Counted from the first letter of the stretch, positions 9,796 to 19,282 are shown. The stretch is 46,353 nucleotides of DNA from a virus (IMGVR_UViG_2711768010_000018); one strand, 5' to 3'. A program made the numbers and translations. The notes: generated by a model from the sequence alone, not told the origin.

Positions 9796-10542
9796 ATGAA
9801 AAATATTGCGACAGGCGACGTTCTTGAACGTATCCGCAGACTGGCCCCGTCACATGTAACCGCGCCATTCAAGACGGTAGCGGAGTGGCGCGAGTGGCAA
9901 CTTTCCGAAGGCCAGAAACGTTGTGAGGAGATCAACCGTCAGAATCGTCAGTTGCGGGTGGAAAAAATTCTGAATCGCTCTGGCATCCAGCCATTGCACC
10001 GCAAATGCTCGTTTTCGAATTACCAGGTGCAGAACGAAGCGCAGCGATACGCGTTGAGTCAGGCGAAATCCATCGCTGATGAACTGATGACCGGGTGTAC
10101 AAATTTTGCGTTCAGCGGAAAACCTGGTACCGGGAAGAACCACTTAGCGGCAGCTATCGGGAATCGCCTGCTGAAAGACGGTCAGACAGTGATTGTGGTT
10201 ACCGTGGCTGATGTTATGAGTGCCCTGCACGCCAGCTATGACGATGGGCAGTCAGGCGAAAAATTTTTGCGGGAACTATGCGAAGTGGATCTGCTGGTTC
10301 TTGATGAAATTGGCATTCAGCGCGAGACGAAAAACGAGCAGGTGGTGCTGCACCAGATTGTTGATCGCCGGACAGCGTCGATGCGCAGCGTGGGGATGCT
10401 GACAAACCTGAACTATGAGGCCATGAAAACATTGCTCGGCGAGCGGATTATGGATCGCATGACCATGAACGGCGGGCGATGGGTGAATTTTAACTGGGAG
10501 AGCTGGCGTCCGAATGTCGTCCAGCCAGGAATTGAGAAGTAA
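9796..10542 (+). CDS. ydaV: DnaC/IstB-like AAA+ helicase loader, 248 aa
   Basis: Walker A motif [13 protein letters not shown] and Walker B LLVLDEIG visible in the translation. Confidence 0.85.
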   Translation: MKNIATGDVLERIRRLAPSHVTAPFKTVAEWREWQLSEGQKRCEEINRQNRQLRVEKILNRSGIQPLHRKCSFSNYQVQNEAQRYALSQAKSIADELMTGCTNFAFSGKPGTGKNHLAAAIGNRLLKDGQTVIVVTVADVMSALHASYDDGQSGEKFLRELCEVDLLVLDEIGIQRETKNEQVVLHQIVDRRTASMRSVGMLTNLNYEAMKTLLGERIMDRMTMNGGRWVNFNWESWRPNVVQPGIEK

Positions 10543-10564
10543 TTTTTACCGGGAGGAAATTTTT

Positions 10565-11326
10565 ATGGAGACTGTTTTTGACGCACTGAAAGCAATGGGA
10601 AAAGCCACATCCATAGAACTTGCTGCGCGACTTGATATCAGTCGTGAAGAAGTGCTGAACGAACTATGGGAACTGAAAAAAGCTGGTTTCGTTGATAAAA
10701 GCGCGTACACCTGGCGTGTGGCTGATAACAACGTTCAGCAGGAACAGCCAATGCAGGCAGAACTGCCGGAAGAAACCACCACGGCAACTGTAGTGAAAAT
10801 CTCAGAGTGCGATTTAACCGCGACGATTGAACAACGCGGACCACAAACGGCGGATGAACTGGCTACGCTGTTCGGTACAACATCCCGCAAAGTTGCTTCA
10901 ACGCTGGCAATGGCAATCAGCAAAGGACGCCTGATTCGCGTAAACCAGAACAGTAAATTTCGTTACTGCATGCCGGGCGATAATTTACCAGCAGAGCCGA
11001 AAGCTGCATCGGTAGCGGAAACTGATGGTAAAGCCTTTCCTCAGCCAGCCGGTGTTGCGTTACCAGTACAGGAAGCGGCAACACAGGAAGATATTAAAAC
11101 AGAAACTGTGGCGGACATTGTGCAGTCGCTGCCATCGTTTACTGAAACGCAAGCGGATGACCTAGTTTTACCATCGCTGCATATGGCAAACCGCGAACTG
11201 CGTCGGGCGAAAAATCATGTCCAGAAGTGGGAGCGAGTCTGCGCCGCGCTGCGGGAGCTGAACAAGCACCGGGATATTGTCCGACAGATTGTCGATTCCT
11301 CCAGTCGTATTGTGTCGGAAAAGTGA
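10565..11326 (+). CDS. ydaW: YdaW-like protein with a putative winged-helix N-terminus, 253 aa from [12 protein letters not shown]...
   Basis: ORF track 10514..11326; the ATG at 10565 is preceded by GGGAGG. Intact here, whereas I recall ydaW as a remnant in K-12. Confidence 0.6.
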   Translation: METVFDALKAMGKATSIELAARLDISREEVLNELWELKKAGFVDKSAYTWRVADNNVQQEQPMQAELPEETTTATVVKISECDLTATIEQRGPQTADELATLFGTTSRKVASTLAMAISKGRLIRVNQNSKFRYCMPGDNLPAEPKAASVAETDGKAFPQPAGVALPVQEAATQEDIKTETVADIVQSLPSFTETQADDLVLPSLHMANRELRRAKNHVQKWERVCAALRELNKHRDIVRQIVDSSSRIVSEK

Positions 11327-11341
11327 TTGCCGGAGGCGCTT

Positions 11342-11758
11342 ATGGCAAAAGTTTTTACACAGGAAGAGCGTGAAAAAATTAAGGAGCAGGTTGTTGAGTT
11401 GGTACGCCAGAGTGGGCGCGAGACGTTAAGGCAACTGGAGGCCAAGACAGGTGCGACAAGATATCTGATGAGCATTCTTGCCAGAGAGTTGGTTGCCAGT
11501 GGCGATGTATACAACTCTGGCTATGGGTTATTCCCGTCTGAACAGGCTCGTAAGGATTGGAAAAACGCCCGCAAAAAACTATCCAGGGCAAAGGTGAAAA
11601 AAACGGTTGTGGTTGATCCTGACCTTATCTGGTCATTACCAGACGGAGAAATACGCCGCTATGACAGGCGTCAGAACATAATCTGTCGCGAGTGCCGGAA
11701 GAGTGAAGTTATGAAACGTGTACTGGCATTTTATCAAGGAAATCTTCGGTATTTATAG
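11342..11758 (+). CDS. Hypothetical phage protein, 138 aa from MAKVFTQEERE...
   Basis: ORF track 11327..11758 starts at TTG; the ATG at 11342 is preceded by GGAGG. Confidence 0.55.
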   Translation: MAKVFTQEEREKIKEQVVELVRQSGRETLRQLEAKTGATRYLMSILARELVASGDVYNSGYGLFPSEQARKDWKNARKKLSRAKVKKTVVVDPDLIWSLPDGEIRRYDRRQNIICRECRKSEVMKRVLAFYQGNLRYL

Positions 11759-11915
11759 ACGTTACTAGATCAAAGAGCATTAGTTCATATGTAAATTGAC
11801 ATTTTTCTGGCACAGGGGAGAGCTAGCGTGGTTGTCCGCTTTGTGCCAATAGCGGACATTGCTGGCTCATGGTATGTTAGTTTAAGGAGGCAGGTTATGC
11901 CCTGTATTTCGCTGT

Positions 11916-11924
11916 GGTATAATA
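11916..11924 (+). promoter_or_regulatory. Extended -10 promoter element TGgTATAAT upstream of the cargo operon
   Basis: Exact TGGTATAAT at 11916-11924, about 30 bp upstream of the AAGGGAG RBS (11941-11947) and GTG at 11957; compositional shift to AT-rich DNA begins here. Confidence 0.45.
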
Positions 11925-11956
11925 GTTGCGCAATTGATACAAGGGAGCGTTACATC

Positions 11957-12919
11957 GTGAAAATTGTTTTCGAGGTTAATGGAAAGAAAGTTCCACTAAA
12001 ATCTTTAAAATACATAAGCAAAAAAGATCAACTCGAAGTAATGAAAAACTGGTTCTTTGAAAACTTTGAAGATCCGGCAAATGCTTGTCCGTATGAAAGT
12101 AGAGAAGGTGGCTATGCTTACATATATGGCGGGCCGTATGATGCGAGCGAAGAACTACAATCCATCTTCGGTCAATATGTTAAATCTGAGTATATTGAGG
12201 AATTAGTAGATGAATTACAAACACAATGTTTTGACTGGTCTGGAAACTCAAATAATATAGATGATTGGTACGATGATGATATCTACGACGCTGTAACGTC
12301 TTCCGGTAATCCGTATTTAAAATTCATTGATAATATCGATAAAATAAAAAAACTTGCAAAAGATAAAACTGAACAACAGCAAAAAAACCACTTGCTTAGT
12401 TTGCTCTACACGAATGTTATTACAGCTTTGGAAACGCTTTATGTTGAGCTATTCATTAATTCTATAGAGAAAGATGATGTCTACATAGCCAATTGTATAG
12501 AAAAAGGTAAGACTGAATTTAAAGTAAGCAAAGATATTGCTGCGTTGCCTTTCAAGGGTGAACCCATCGAGAAAATTAGGGGAGAGCTAATCAGGTCAAT
12601 CAAGGAACACTTGATCAGTGCAAGCTGGCATAGCACTAAAAAGGTAATCGACCGCTATGAAGCTACATTCGATATAAAAGTACAAAAAGACTGTCCGATA
12701 GAAGCTATTGAATTGGCAACCCTCAATCGAAATCACTTAGTGCATCGTGGTGGAAAGGATAAAGAAGGGAACCTCGTAGTGATTACAGACCAGGATCTTG
12801 AAACGCTGATTGAAAATGCATCGAACCTGGCAATTATGCTCTACAACAGTTTAAATGTAGCAACGAATAAAACCACCATTTTGCAACCAGATGACAAACC
12901 GTTCATTCATGAATTTTAA
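11957..12919 (+). CDS. Cargo protein A: unknown N-terminal region with a C-terminal HEPN-like Rx4H motif (NRNHLVHRGG); about 320 aa from GTG 11957 (alternative starts ATG 11897 or GTG 11828)
   Basis: AT-rich ORF (track 11828..12919); RBS AAGGGAG 9 nt before the in-frame GTG at 11957; the R-x4-H motif in a helical C-terminal half is typical of HEPN RNase domains. No family recognised with certainty. Confidence 0.6.
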   Translation: MKIVFEVNGKKVPLKSLKYISKKDQLEVMKNWFFENFEDPANACPYESREGGYAYIYGGPYDASEELQSIFGQYVKSEYIEELVDELQTQCFDWSGNSNNIDDWYDDDIYDAVTSSGNPYLKFIDNIDKIKKLAKDKTEQQQKNHLLSLLYTNVITALETLYVELFINSIEKDDVYIANCIEKGKTEFKVSKDIAALPFKGEPIEKIRGELIRSIKEHLISASWHSTKKVIDRYEATFDIKVQKDCPIEAIELATLNRNHLVHRGGKDKEGNLVVITDQDLETLIENASNLAIMLYNSLNVATNKTTILQPDDKPFIHEF

Positions 12920-12934
12920 TAGCGCAGGTCATAC

Positions 12935-13936
12935 ATGGATATTCGCACACGAAAGACAAAATTTTTAGAGTCGTTAGATTCAACTGAAGTGATACGCAAA
13001 GCAGTAAGTCTCGCTATAGATTGCATTATTGATAATCATAATAGTAATGAAGATACCCCCTTAGTTATTACCAGCTATGATGATCTCTGTAGAATCCAGG
13101 TGCTAAATTATGTACAGGAGTTTTGCGAAGCTGCATTCCCTGATATGGATGAATATTACTTTAGTCCTAACATACTTCGCATCAACGGCAAGACTAGTGA
13201 AGAAGCTTGTATTAACTTAATTAAACTCTTAAGAAGTACAAAAGGCATGCTATTCTGGTCCGATGCCCCATCGTGGTTCGCTAGCCTCCCCGACGGATTA
13301 TTCCATGTTGTTAACATTGATCAAAAAATCGTTACTCGCGGCCTTAATAAGAAAAACTCTAAGCCGACAATAATCAATAAAGATTACAGTGTAGATACAC
13401 TACTATCAGAGCTATTTTTGAATGGCGCACACATGGAGCAACCCAACGTACACAACGTTTCTGAGGGAAACATGAAGTTCTATGATGAATGCCATGCTGG
13501 ATTAATCAGACCAATACCCGCTCCAATAGGCGCGTCATACGATGAAGAGATCACAATTAATTCTCCAGATTGGCAAAAGCTCGCGTGTGTAGCTTTACGC
13601 CGCTATCAGTCGAAGGAATGTCATGACGGAATGCAATGGGATACAACCGATCATGGTTGGACTGATGTAATCGCGTATCCATTCGTCGAAGAAATACAAT
13701 CAATGGATAATAGTGGTTATCGACAATGTTTAGTTGGGCTGGTCACAATAAACAATTCAAATGCAAATTCTCCGTACCTATCTACCGTTTGGATACATCC
13801 ATTTTATCGCAGGAGAGGGTTATTAAGTAAGTTATGGCCAAAATTACAAGAGTTATATGGAAGTAACTTCGAAATTGAGCGACCTAATGAAAATATGAAA
13901 GCATTTCTGAAAAGTGCGAAACACGCAGATTACTAA
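12935..13936 (+). CDS. Cargo protein B: 333 aa with a C-terminal GNAT-like acetyltransferase signature (VWIHPFYRRRGLLSKLW)
   Basis: ATG at 12935 is 15 nt after the stop of protein A (same strand, likely operon); AT-rich; the C-terminal 120 aa resemble GNAT motif A (R-x-x-G-x-G/A-like) plus downstream motif; N-terminal 200 aa unrecognised. Confidence 0.65.
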   Translation: MDIRTRKTKFLESLDSTEVIRKAVSLAIDCIIDNHNSNEDTPLVITSYDDLCRIQVLNYVQEFCEAAFPDMDEYYFSPNILRINGKTSEEACINLIKLLRSTKGMLFWSDAPSWFASLPDGLFHVVNIDQKIVTRGLNKKNSKPTIINKDYSVDTLLSELFLNGAHMEQPNVHNVSEGNMKFYDECHAGLIRPIPAPIGASYDEEITINSPDWQKLACVALRRYQSKECHDGMQWDTTDHGWTDVIAYPFVEEIQSMDNSGYRQCLVGLVTINNSNANSPYLSTVWIHPFYRRRGLLSKLWPKLQELYGSNFEIERPNENMKAFLKSAKHADY

Positions 13937-14490
13937 TTTATGAATCAGTCTGTGGAGTTAGGGTTGGTGTGAACAAGTAGGGTAAGAGCCTCAACGTGAT
14001 GCTATGCCGACCTGCTCCCTGAGAATTCACACAGAAGGCTGCTAGCAATGTCTGCAGATCGCTCAAAGCGGACTAAAATGTTGGCTTGTTTCTGACTTAG
14101 AGCATTTAAGGAAGTGCTGGTGGTGACTGGTTGTTGTGTTCCATTTCTACAGAATAAAATCACAGAAACTATACCCAATAGTTGTATTGAATCACTGACG
14201 AGACAGCCTCATATTTATCAGGACTGGTGTGCGTCTAATACAGGGGGTTGTCGTGCTGGTTCTCAAATGTGCGCTGGCTATTGCGGCTGTAATGGCAATT
14301 TATTGTCTTGCTGTTGTTCTTATGGAGCGGCTTTCTGATTGATTACATACTGGCTAGAAAAAAGGTGTTACCTTGGTTTATCTTTGTCCGGCAAGGTGCG
14401 CTCATTAATCTTAAGTAAATTTATTGCTCAAGTATTCAGATTACTTCTTATGGTTGAAGTCTCCTGTCAATGTAGAACCAATATATTTAC

Positions 14491-14526
14491 AAAAATGAGA
14501 CCCGTCGGGGATAGCCCTGCCGGGTC
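14491..14526 (-). terminator. Putative rho-independent terminator downstream of the yeaR-like gene
   Basis: Stem GACCCG (14499-14504) / CGGGTC (14521-14526); on the minus strand the hairpin is followed by TCATTTTT. Confidence 0.4.
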
Positions 14527-14556
14527 TGACTGTTAAAGCATTTTTAATATGATCAT

Positions 14557-14895
14557 CTATTTTTTGGTGCTATAGACTTTTTCGCCCGAAAAGTCTGGAG
14601 CGACCCAAAAGTTAATATTAAACTGAGCATCATCGCTTAGTTCAACACGGTGCCAGTATTGTGGTGGGCTTGTTGCAAAAGCGCCAGCATTAATGACTAC
14701 TTTTATCTCCGGTTCAGTAGCATTCTCATCAGTAAAACCATAATATGTTACAGTGCCTTCCATTACGCACAACTGCCCAAAAACACCTGCTGCTGTATTA
14801 TGATGTGTTAATAACGCTGAAGGTACGTTCTCTTTTGTGAAGAACGGAGTTGAGCGTTTGATTACCCAATCTTTAGGAATTCTCTTGTGTGTCAT
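14557..14895 (-). CDS. YeaR-like DUF1971 protein, 112 aa from MTHKRIPKDW...
   Basis: ORF track 14557..14919; the internal ATG at 14895 is preceded on the minus strand by GGAGGAGG; sequence resembles chromosomal YeaR as I recall it (STPFF..., FNIDFFVAP-like C-terminus). Confidence 0.7.
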   Translation of the reverse strand: MTHKRIPKDWVIKRSTPFFTKENVPSALLTHHNTAAGVFGQLCVMEGTVTYYGFTDENATEPEIKVVINAGAFATSPPQYWHRVELSDDAQFNINFWVAPDFSGEKVYSTKK

Positions 14896-15708
14896 AACCA
14901 CCTCCTCCAAAACATGCATTAAAAATGCATCTTTTGGAGGGTTATGTCAAGCTGTTATGAAACACATAATTGATATGTTGATTAGAGGAGAAGATAGAAT
15001 AAATATGGTTGTTTTTCGTATAACTATTTGTTTTACTTTTAGTTTATGCATTCTGTGTGTTAGGAATAAGTTATTAAAGTTTAATCAAAAAATCTCGATG
15101 TAGTCCACATAGATTACTGTTACTGAACCTTATTGTGTGTATTAGTTGTGTTCTGAAATTTCAGCTTAATTATTTATGATGTATTTTTTAACGATAAATA
15201 TTTTCCCAGGATACCTTTACTGTGTATATAAATAAATTATATACGCATAAATAATGTAAAGGCGTCCTTTTAGATATATCTTATCAAATGTTAATGACTT
15301 GAGTGGGAAATATGATTCCAGCAACTTATCATGTGGCTACTTTATAAAAATAATGCCCATATAAAACAACAAGCGAAAAGGATTACGGATAAAAAAGGAG
15401 CGAGATGTGCGAACTTGTTATTTTCCATGTTTAACCACCTTAAATAATTGATGATGACGGGATGATTGCATCTGTAATGCTTTTATTGAAATGTTATGAT
15501 AAAAAAGAACTTTTGCATAACATTAAAATGTAATTTATCTAATCGTTTTTAATAATAAGTGTCGTATTTCTATCCTTGTACCAGCTATTTGATATGTAGT
15601 GTTTGTTCATGCTATGTGGGGCTTTACACCATAGCCAGTTTATTTATACTTTATTCGTCAGCCTGAACAACTGGCATCTGCTGCGCTGCGCCATCGAGAG
15701 ATTGAGAA

Positions 15709-16308
15709 ATGGCGCATATACAACTGGTCAAACAAACCTCTTCTGGTTTACTTCTCCCGGCGACGCCGGAGAGTTGCGATTTTCTGCATCAAATCAAAAT
15801 AGGTGAGTGGATACACGCAGACTTTAAGCGTGTGCGTAACTACGCATTCCACAAGCGTTTTTTCAAACTCCTGCAACTGGGATTCGATTACTGGACTCCG
15901 GTCGGTGGGGCGATCACGCCTCGCGAACGAGAACTGCTGTCTGGTTTCGTTGATTACCTGTGCGAATCAGTTGGTCGGGAACACACGCCAGCCCTGAGTG
16001 ATGCCGCAGAGCAATACCTTAACACCGTTGCGACTCGTAGAACCCGGGATACGGCGTTGCTAAAGTCGTTTGAGGCTTTCCGCGAGTGGGTAACCATTCA
16101 GGCCGGATTTTACACCGAGCATATTTATCCGGACGGTAGCCGTGGGCGTCGGGCAAAATCCATCGCTTTTGCGAATATGGACGAAGTCGAGTTTCAGCAG
16201 GTTTATAAATCTGTACTGAATGTGCTGTGGAACTGGATTCTGTTCCGTAAATTCTCCTCTCAGGAGGAAGTTGAAAATGTGGCCGCACAACTACTGGAGT
16301 TTGCGTAA
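15709..16308 (+). CDS. Nin-region hypothetical protein, 199 aa
   Basis: ORF with ATG at 15709; translationally coupled to the downstream YbcO-like gene (stop/start overlap at 16308). Confidence 0.6.
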   Translation: MAHIQLVKQTSSGLLLPATPESCDFLHQIKIGEWIHADFKRVRNYAFHKRFFKLLQLGFDYWTPVGGAITPRERELLSGFVDYLCESVGREHTPALSDAAEQYLNTVATRRTRDTALLKSFEAFREWVTIQAGFYTEHIYPDGSRGRRAKSIAFANMDEVEFQQVYKSVLNVLWNWILFRKFSSQEEVENVAAQLLEFA

Positions 16309-16598
16309 TGGTGAATTTACGTAAAGCGGCTAAAGGCCAGATGTGCCAGATCAGAATCCCTGGCTACTGCAATCACAATCCCGAAACCTCTGTGCTGGCG
16401 CATTACAGGCTGGCGGGGACGTGCGGAACAGCGACAAAACCACATGATATGCAGGCGGCGATAGCCTGTAGCTCATGCCACGATCTAATCGACGGGCGGG
16501 TAAAAACCAGCGATTACACCAAAGAAGAATTGCGCCTGATGCATGCTGAAGGGGTTTTTCGCACACAAGAAATCTGGAGAAAGAAAGGTCATTTATGA
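16308..16598 (+). CDS. YbcO-like (DUF1364) putative zinc-binding nuclease, 96 aa
   Basis: Sequence MVNLRKAAKGQMCQIRIPGYCNHNPETSVLAHYRL...CSSCHD closely resembles DLP12 YbcO as I recall it; conserved Cys/His cluster. Confidence 0.7.
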   Translation: MVNLRKAAKGQMCQIRIPGYCNHNPETSVLAHYRLAGTCGTATKPHDMQAAIACSSCHDLIDGRVKTSDYTKEELRLMHAEGVFRTQEIWRKKGHL

Positions 16599-17137
16599 TT
16601 TACCCAACGAATACAGGAAAAAGCGGAGAACACCTTCGCCTCACCACGCTGGAAAGTGTCTGGATTCAGGGAAAACTACGTATGTGGGGGCGCTGGTCGT
16701 ATATTGGCGGTGGCAGGTCAGGGAATATGTTCAATCAGTTGTTGGCATCCAAAAAACTGACGAAAACAGCCATTAATGAAGCCCTGCGCAGAATGAAAAA
16801 AGCGGGAATAGAGAAAGCTGAGCTGGAAGCGTTTTTGCGAGAGATGATCAACGGCAAGCAAAAGAGCTGGCTGGCGCATTGTACTGATGCAGAGGCGTTA
16901 TGTATTGATCGAGTCATAAGTGAGGTGCTGGCAGAGCATCCAGGATTGATTTGCATTCTCCGGCAACGCTATGAAGGGCGGGGGATGACTAAGCGCAAAA
17001 TGGCTGAATTGCTAAATGATGCACACCCAGAGTGGTGTTTTAGCACATGCGAAAAACGGATTGCTAATTGGTTAGCTGTTGCTGAGTATGCCCTATATAT
17101 TCCCATGCGTGAATCATTTGCTGAGAAAATGGCTTGA
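16595..17137 (+). CDS. Putative late-gene antiterminator Q (Cys-pair zinc-finger-like), 180 aa
   Basis: Last gene before the lysis region; overlapping start with the upstream gene; Cys pairs (HCTDAEALC and EWCFSTCEKR). Assignment is by position; the sequence is not recognised with certainty. Confidence 0.45.
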   Translation: MIYPTNTGKSGEHLRLTTLESVWIQGKLRMWGRWSYIGGGRSGNMFNQLLASKKLTKTAINEALRRMKKAGIEKAELEAFLREMINGKQKSWLAHCTDAEALCIDRVISEVLAEHPGLICILRQRYEGRGMTKRKMAELLNDAHPEWCFSTCEKRIANWLAVAEYALYIPMRESFAEKMA

Positions 17138-17217
17138 TTTCTTACGTATAAACTGCTTCAATTTTGCTATGCTTCGCAAAGCTGTATCGCGAGGCGGATT
17201 GCAGACATGGACATCGT

Positions 17218-17246
17218 AAAAAAACCGCTTAATGCGGTTTTTTTAC
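17218..17246 (+). terminator. Rho-independent terminator about 80 bp downstream of the putative Q gene (candidate tR' analogue)
   Basis: Stem AAACCGC (17222-17228), loop TTAAT, stem GCGGTTT (17234-17240), followed by a T-run; A-run upstream makes it potentially bidirectional. Confidence 0.6.
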
Positions 17247-17564
17247 GTCAGGAAAGCAGGGGAGAATGCTGCTAGTTGGGCAACTGGTCTTTCTGCTCCA
17301 AATTATAACAGAGACCAGTTATAGTTTCGGTGCTGTGTTTTTTTTACAATATTGTGATAACACATTGCTGGCGGGAGTTTTGATATTTCTTGGCAGGGGC
17401 TGATGATGCGTTATCCTGATGTCGTCAACTCATATAAAATGAGATGAGAGATCATTGCAGGGTGGTTTGTAATTCGCTGTTTAGCGGGACAATATGTTGT
17501 CTGATACAAGACACCCGACGCCTCAGATTACTATAATAAAGACGAAGCATCCTTTGTATTGACC

Positions 17565-17590
17565 AACCGCCTGTTTAGGCGGTTCTTTTT
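17565..17590 (+). terminator. Terminator-like hairpin in the Q-to-lysis intergenic region
   Basis: Stem AACCGCC (17565-17571) / GGCGGTT (17578-17584) followed by CTTTTT. Confidence 0.4.
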
Positions 17591-18122
17591 GGGCTGGTTT
17601 ATTGTATGCCAAATGATTATTAAAAAGGTTGTGTTAATAACAAGATCCGAAATAATATGCCTGCATATTTTTATCTTGCTTATATTCTGCATATTGTGCA
17701 TAGCAGGCTCATCCCTGCAATCAAAACTGTATGATGAGTATTTTTTGTTTTCCTTTTTTCCAGTCATCTGATGATGACCTGCTTCTTTTTAATCCGGATC
17801 GACATCAGTTTTTTAAGATAATTCCTGCGAGTTATATGCATAAATGCCACAAACTCCGCATTTTATGTGGTTGGGAGTTGCCGGGCGCGCAGTGAGTTTG
17901 CTAAGAAAACTCCTGCATGGTGAATCCCCCTGTGCGGTGGGGTGATACCATTAACCTTTTCTGTCGCCGACAGGTATCACGAACATTTTGTTCACCGGGA
18001 GGCACCCGGCACCATGCACTTCAATAGATTCTCTCCACATTATGGATATTCTTTCAGAATATCCCACGCAGACTTTGTGTAAATGTTAACAAATGTGCGT
18101 TTTATTTGATCTGATTCGCTGT

Positions 18123-18152
18123 TTGAGCGTCCAAAACAACGGTATATATAAT
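18123..18152 (+). promoter_or_regulatory. Sigma70-like promoter upstream of lipoprotein gene 1
   Basis: -35 TTGAGC (18123-18128), 18 bp spacer, -10 TATAAT (18147-18152), about 30 bp upstream of the RBS and ATG at 18182. Confidence 0.45.
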
Positions 18153-18181
18153 CCTTTACTATATGACATATGTGAGGAAAA

Positions 18182-18610
18182 ATGGGTTTTCGTAGCGCAT
18201 CAATTCTTACGTTGATTATTAGTGGGATTATTATCGGGTGCACTGATGCTGTATCGACAAATTATCATGACCGTACATCATATTACTCCGATAAAGCAAT
18301 AGAGACACAGTATGTGAGTTCATCTGAACGTACTTCTGATGTTAGTGAGGATATCCGTCTGTATGCCCATCAAATCAAGAGCGCCATCGAAAAACAGTTC
18401 GGGGATGCGAGTAAGTATTCAGGAAAAGAGTGTACACTGAGAATGCATATGGCCCCGAATGGCCTTCTACTGGAGGTTAAAAGAGAAAGTGGAGACCTCG
18501 ATTTATGTCGTGAAGCGATGAATGCGATAAAGAATGCTGATATACCTGCCCCCCCTTCGCCGGAAGTATATAAAGTATTTCAAAATGGGGTGCTGGATTT
18601 TAAACCCTGA
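18182..18610 (+). CDS. Lipoprotein with a TolA C-terminal (domain III)-like domain, 142 aa
   Basis: Signal peptide with lipobox IIGC; C-terminal 80 aa (IKSAIEKQFGDASKYSGKECTLRMHMAPNGLLLEVKRESGDLDLCREAMNAIKNADIPAPPSPEVYKVFQNGVLDFKP) closely resembles my recollection of E. coli TolA domain III (IKSAIESKFYDASSYAGKTCTLRIKLAPDGMLLDIKPEGGDPALCQAA...VYEVFKNAPLDFKP). Confidence 0.7.
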   Translation: MGFRSASILTLIISGIIIGCTDAVSTNYHDRTSYYSDKAIETQYVSSSERTSDVSEDIRLYAHQIKSAIEKQFGDASKYSGKECTLRMHMAPNGLLLEVKRESGDLDLCREAMNAIKNADIPAPPSPEVYKVFQNGVLDFKP

Positions 18611-18760
18611 TATTTATTGTTTTGTAATAAACGGTTTCGGCTTAGGTTTGTTCTGACACAGCTACGGCACTGAGCTAAATTTAGCGGATAGTCAGCTCTG
18701 AGCCAGTGGCGGACGTAACAACTACTATTGCTGAGATTTTAATGGATTGAGGAGCAAGAA

Positions 18761-19156
18761 GTGGGATTAAAGAAAATCGTTATGTTGACTTTTTGGGTCG
18801 GTTTTGTTGCGGGATGCACACCTTTACACCCTTCAGATTGCCACAAAACTACTGCTACAGGTAGTTGCAGTTCAGGACGCTGGGATGATCAGGATGAATG
18901 GGGGGCGCAAGCGCGGGGAATCAGAGCTGCAATTAATGCCAAACTTGATGAGCCGCATAACTGGAAAGGGAAAAAATGCAGGTTGCATATGGAATTCTCT
19001 CAGGATGGCACGGCGTTAAAAATATCTACCAGTAACGGTGATAAAGCCTATTGCGAAGCGATAAAGTCCGCAGCTCATAAAGCCAAATTTCCGGCCTTCA
19101 ACAATCCGGAAGTCTACAGAGATTTTCAGAAATCTGGCTTTGACATGCGAGGTTAG
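18761..19156 (+). CDS. Second, more divergent TolA-domain-III-like lipoprotein, 131 aa (GTG start)
   Basis: Lipobox VAGC; shares the K.CRLHMEF...G.AL...C.AIKSAA...PEVYRDFQ pattern with the upstream paralogue. Confidence 0.6.
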   Translation: MGLKKIVMLTFWVGFVAGCTPLHPSDCHKTTATGSCSSGRWDDQDEWGAQARGIRAAINAKLDEPHNWKGKKCRLHMEFSQDGTALKISTSNGDKAYCEAIKSAAHKAKFPAFNNPEVYRDFQKSGFDMRG

Positions 19157-19282
19157 CTCTTCAATTACTATATCTCATTCATAGCAAACTGACAGATTTG
19201 ATGATGTTCTATATACGAAACCTGTGATGTCAAGTCTGAGCTAATACAAATAAACATAATATCAGAGAAATACATTTTATTA

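Noticed and set aside
9360-9935. 191 aa minus-strand ORF overlapping ydaU/ydaV
   Set aside because: Antisense to two well-supported replication genes; no independent evidence.
11828-11956. Upstream extension of cargo protein A (GTG 11828 or ATG 11897)
   Set aside because: The extension would span the putative extended -10 promoter and the compositional boundary. The GTG at 11957 with an AAGGGAG RBS is more plausible, though the ATG at 11897 (RBS AAGGAGG) cannot be excluded without N-terminal data.
17250-18180. tRNA genes or protein-coding ORFs (17531..17767 minus, 17559..17771 plus, 18040..18243 minus) between Q and the lipoprotein genes
   Set aside because: No tRNA T-loop or acceptor-stem patterns were found by eye, and the ORFs overlap each other on opposite strands in AT-rich DNA without RBSs. 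The region is treated as non-coding regulatory DNA. A tRNAscan run would be the decisive check.
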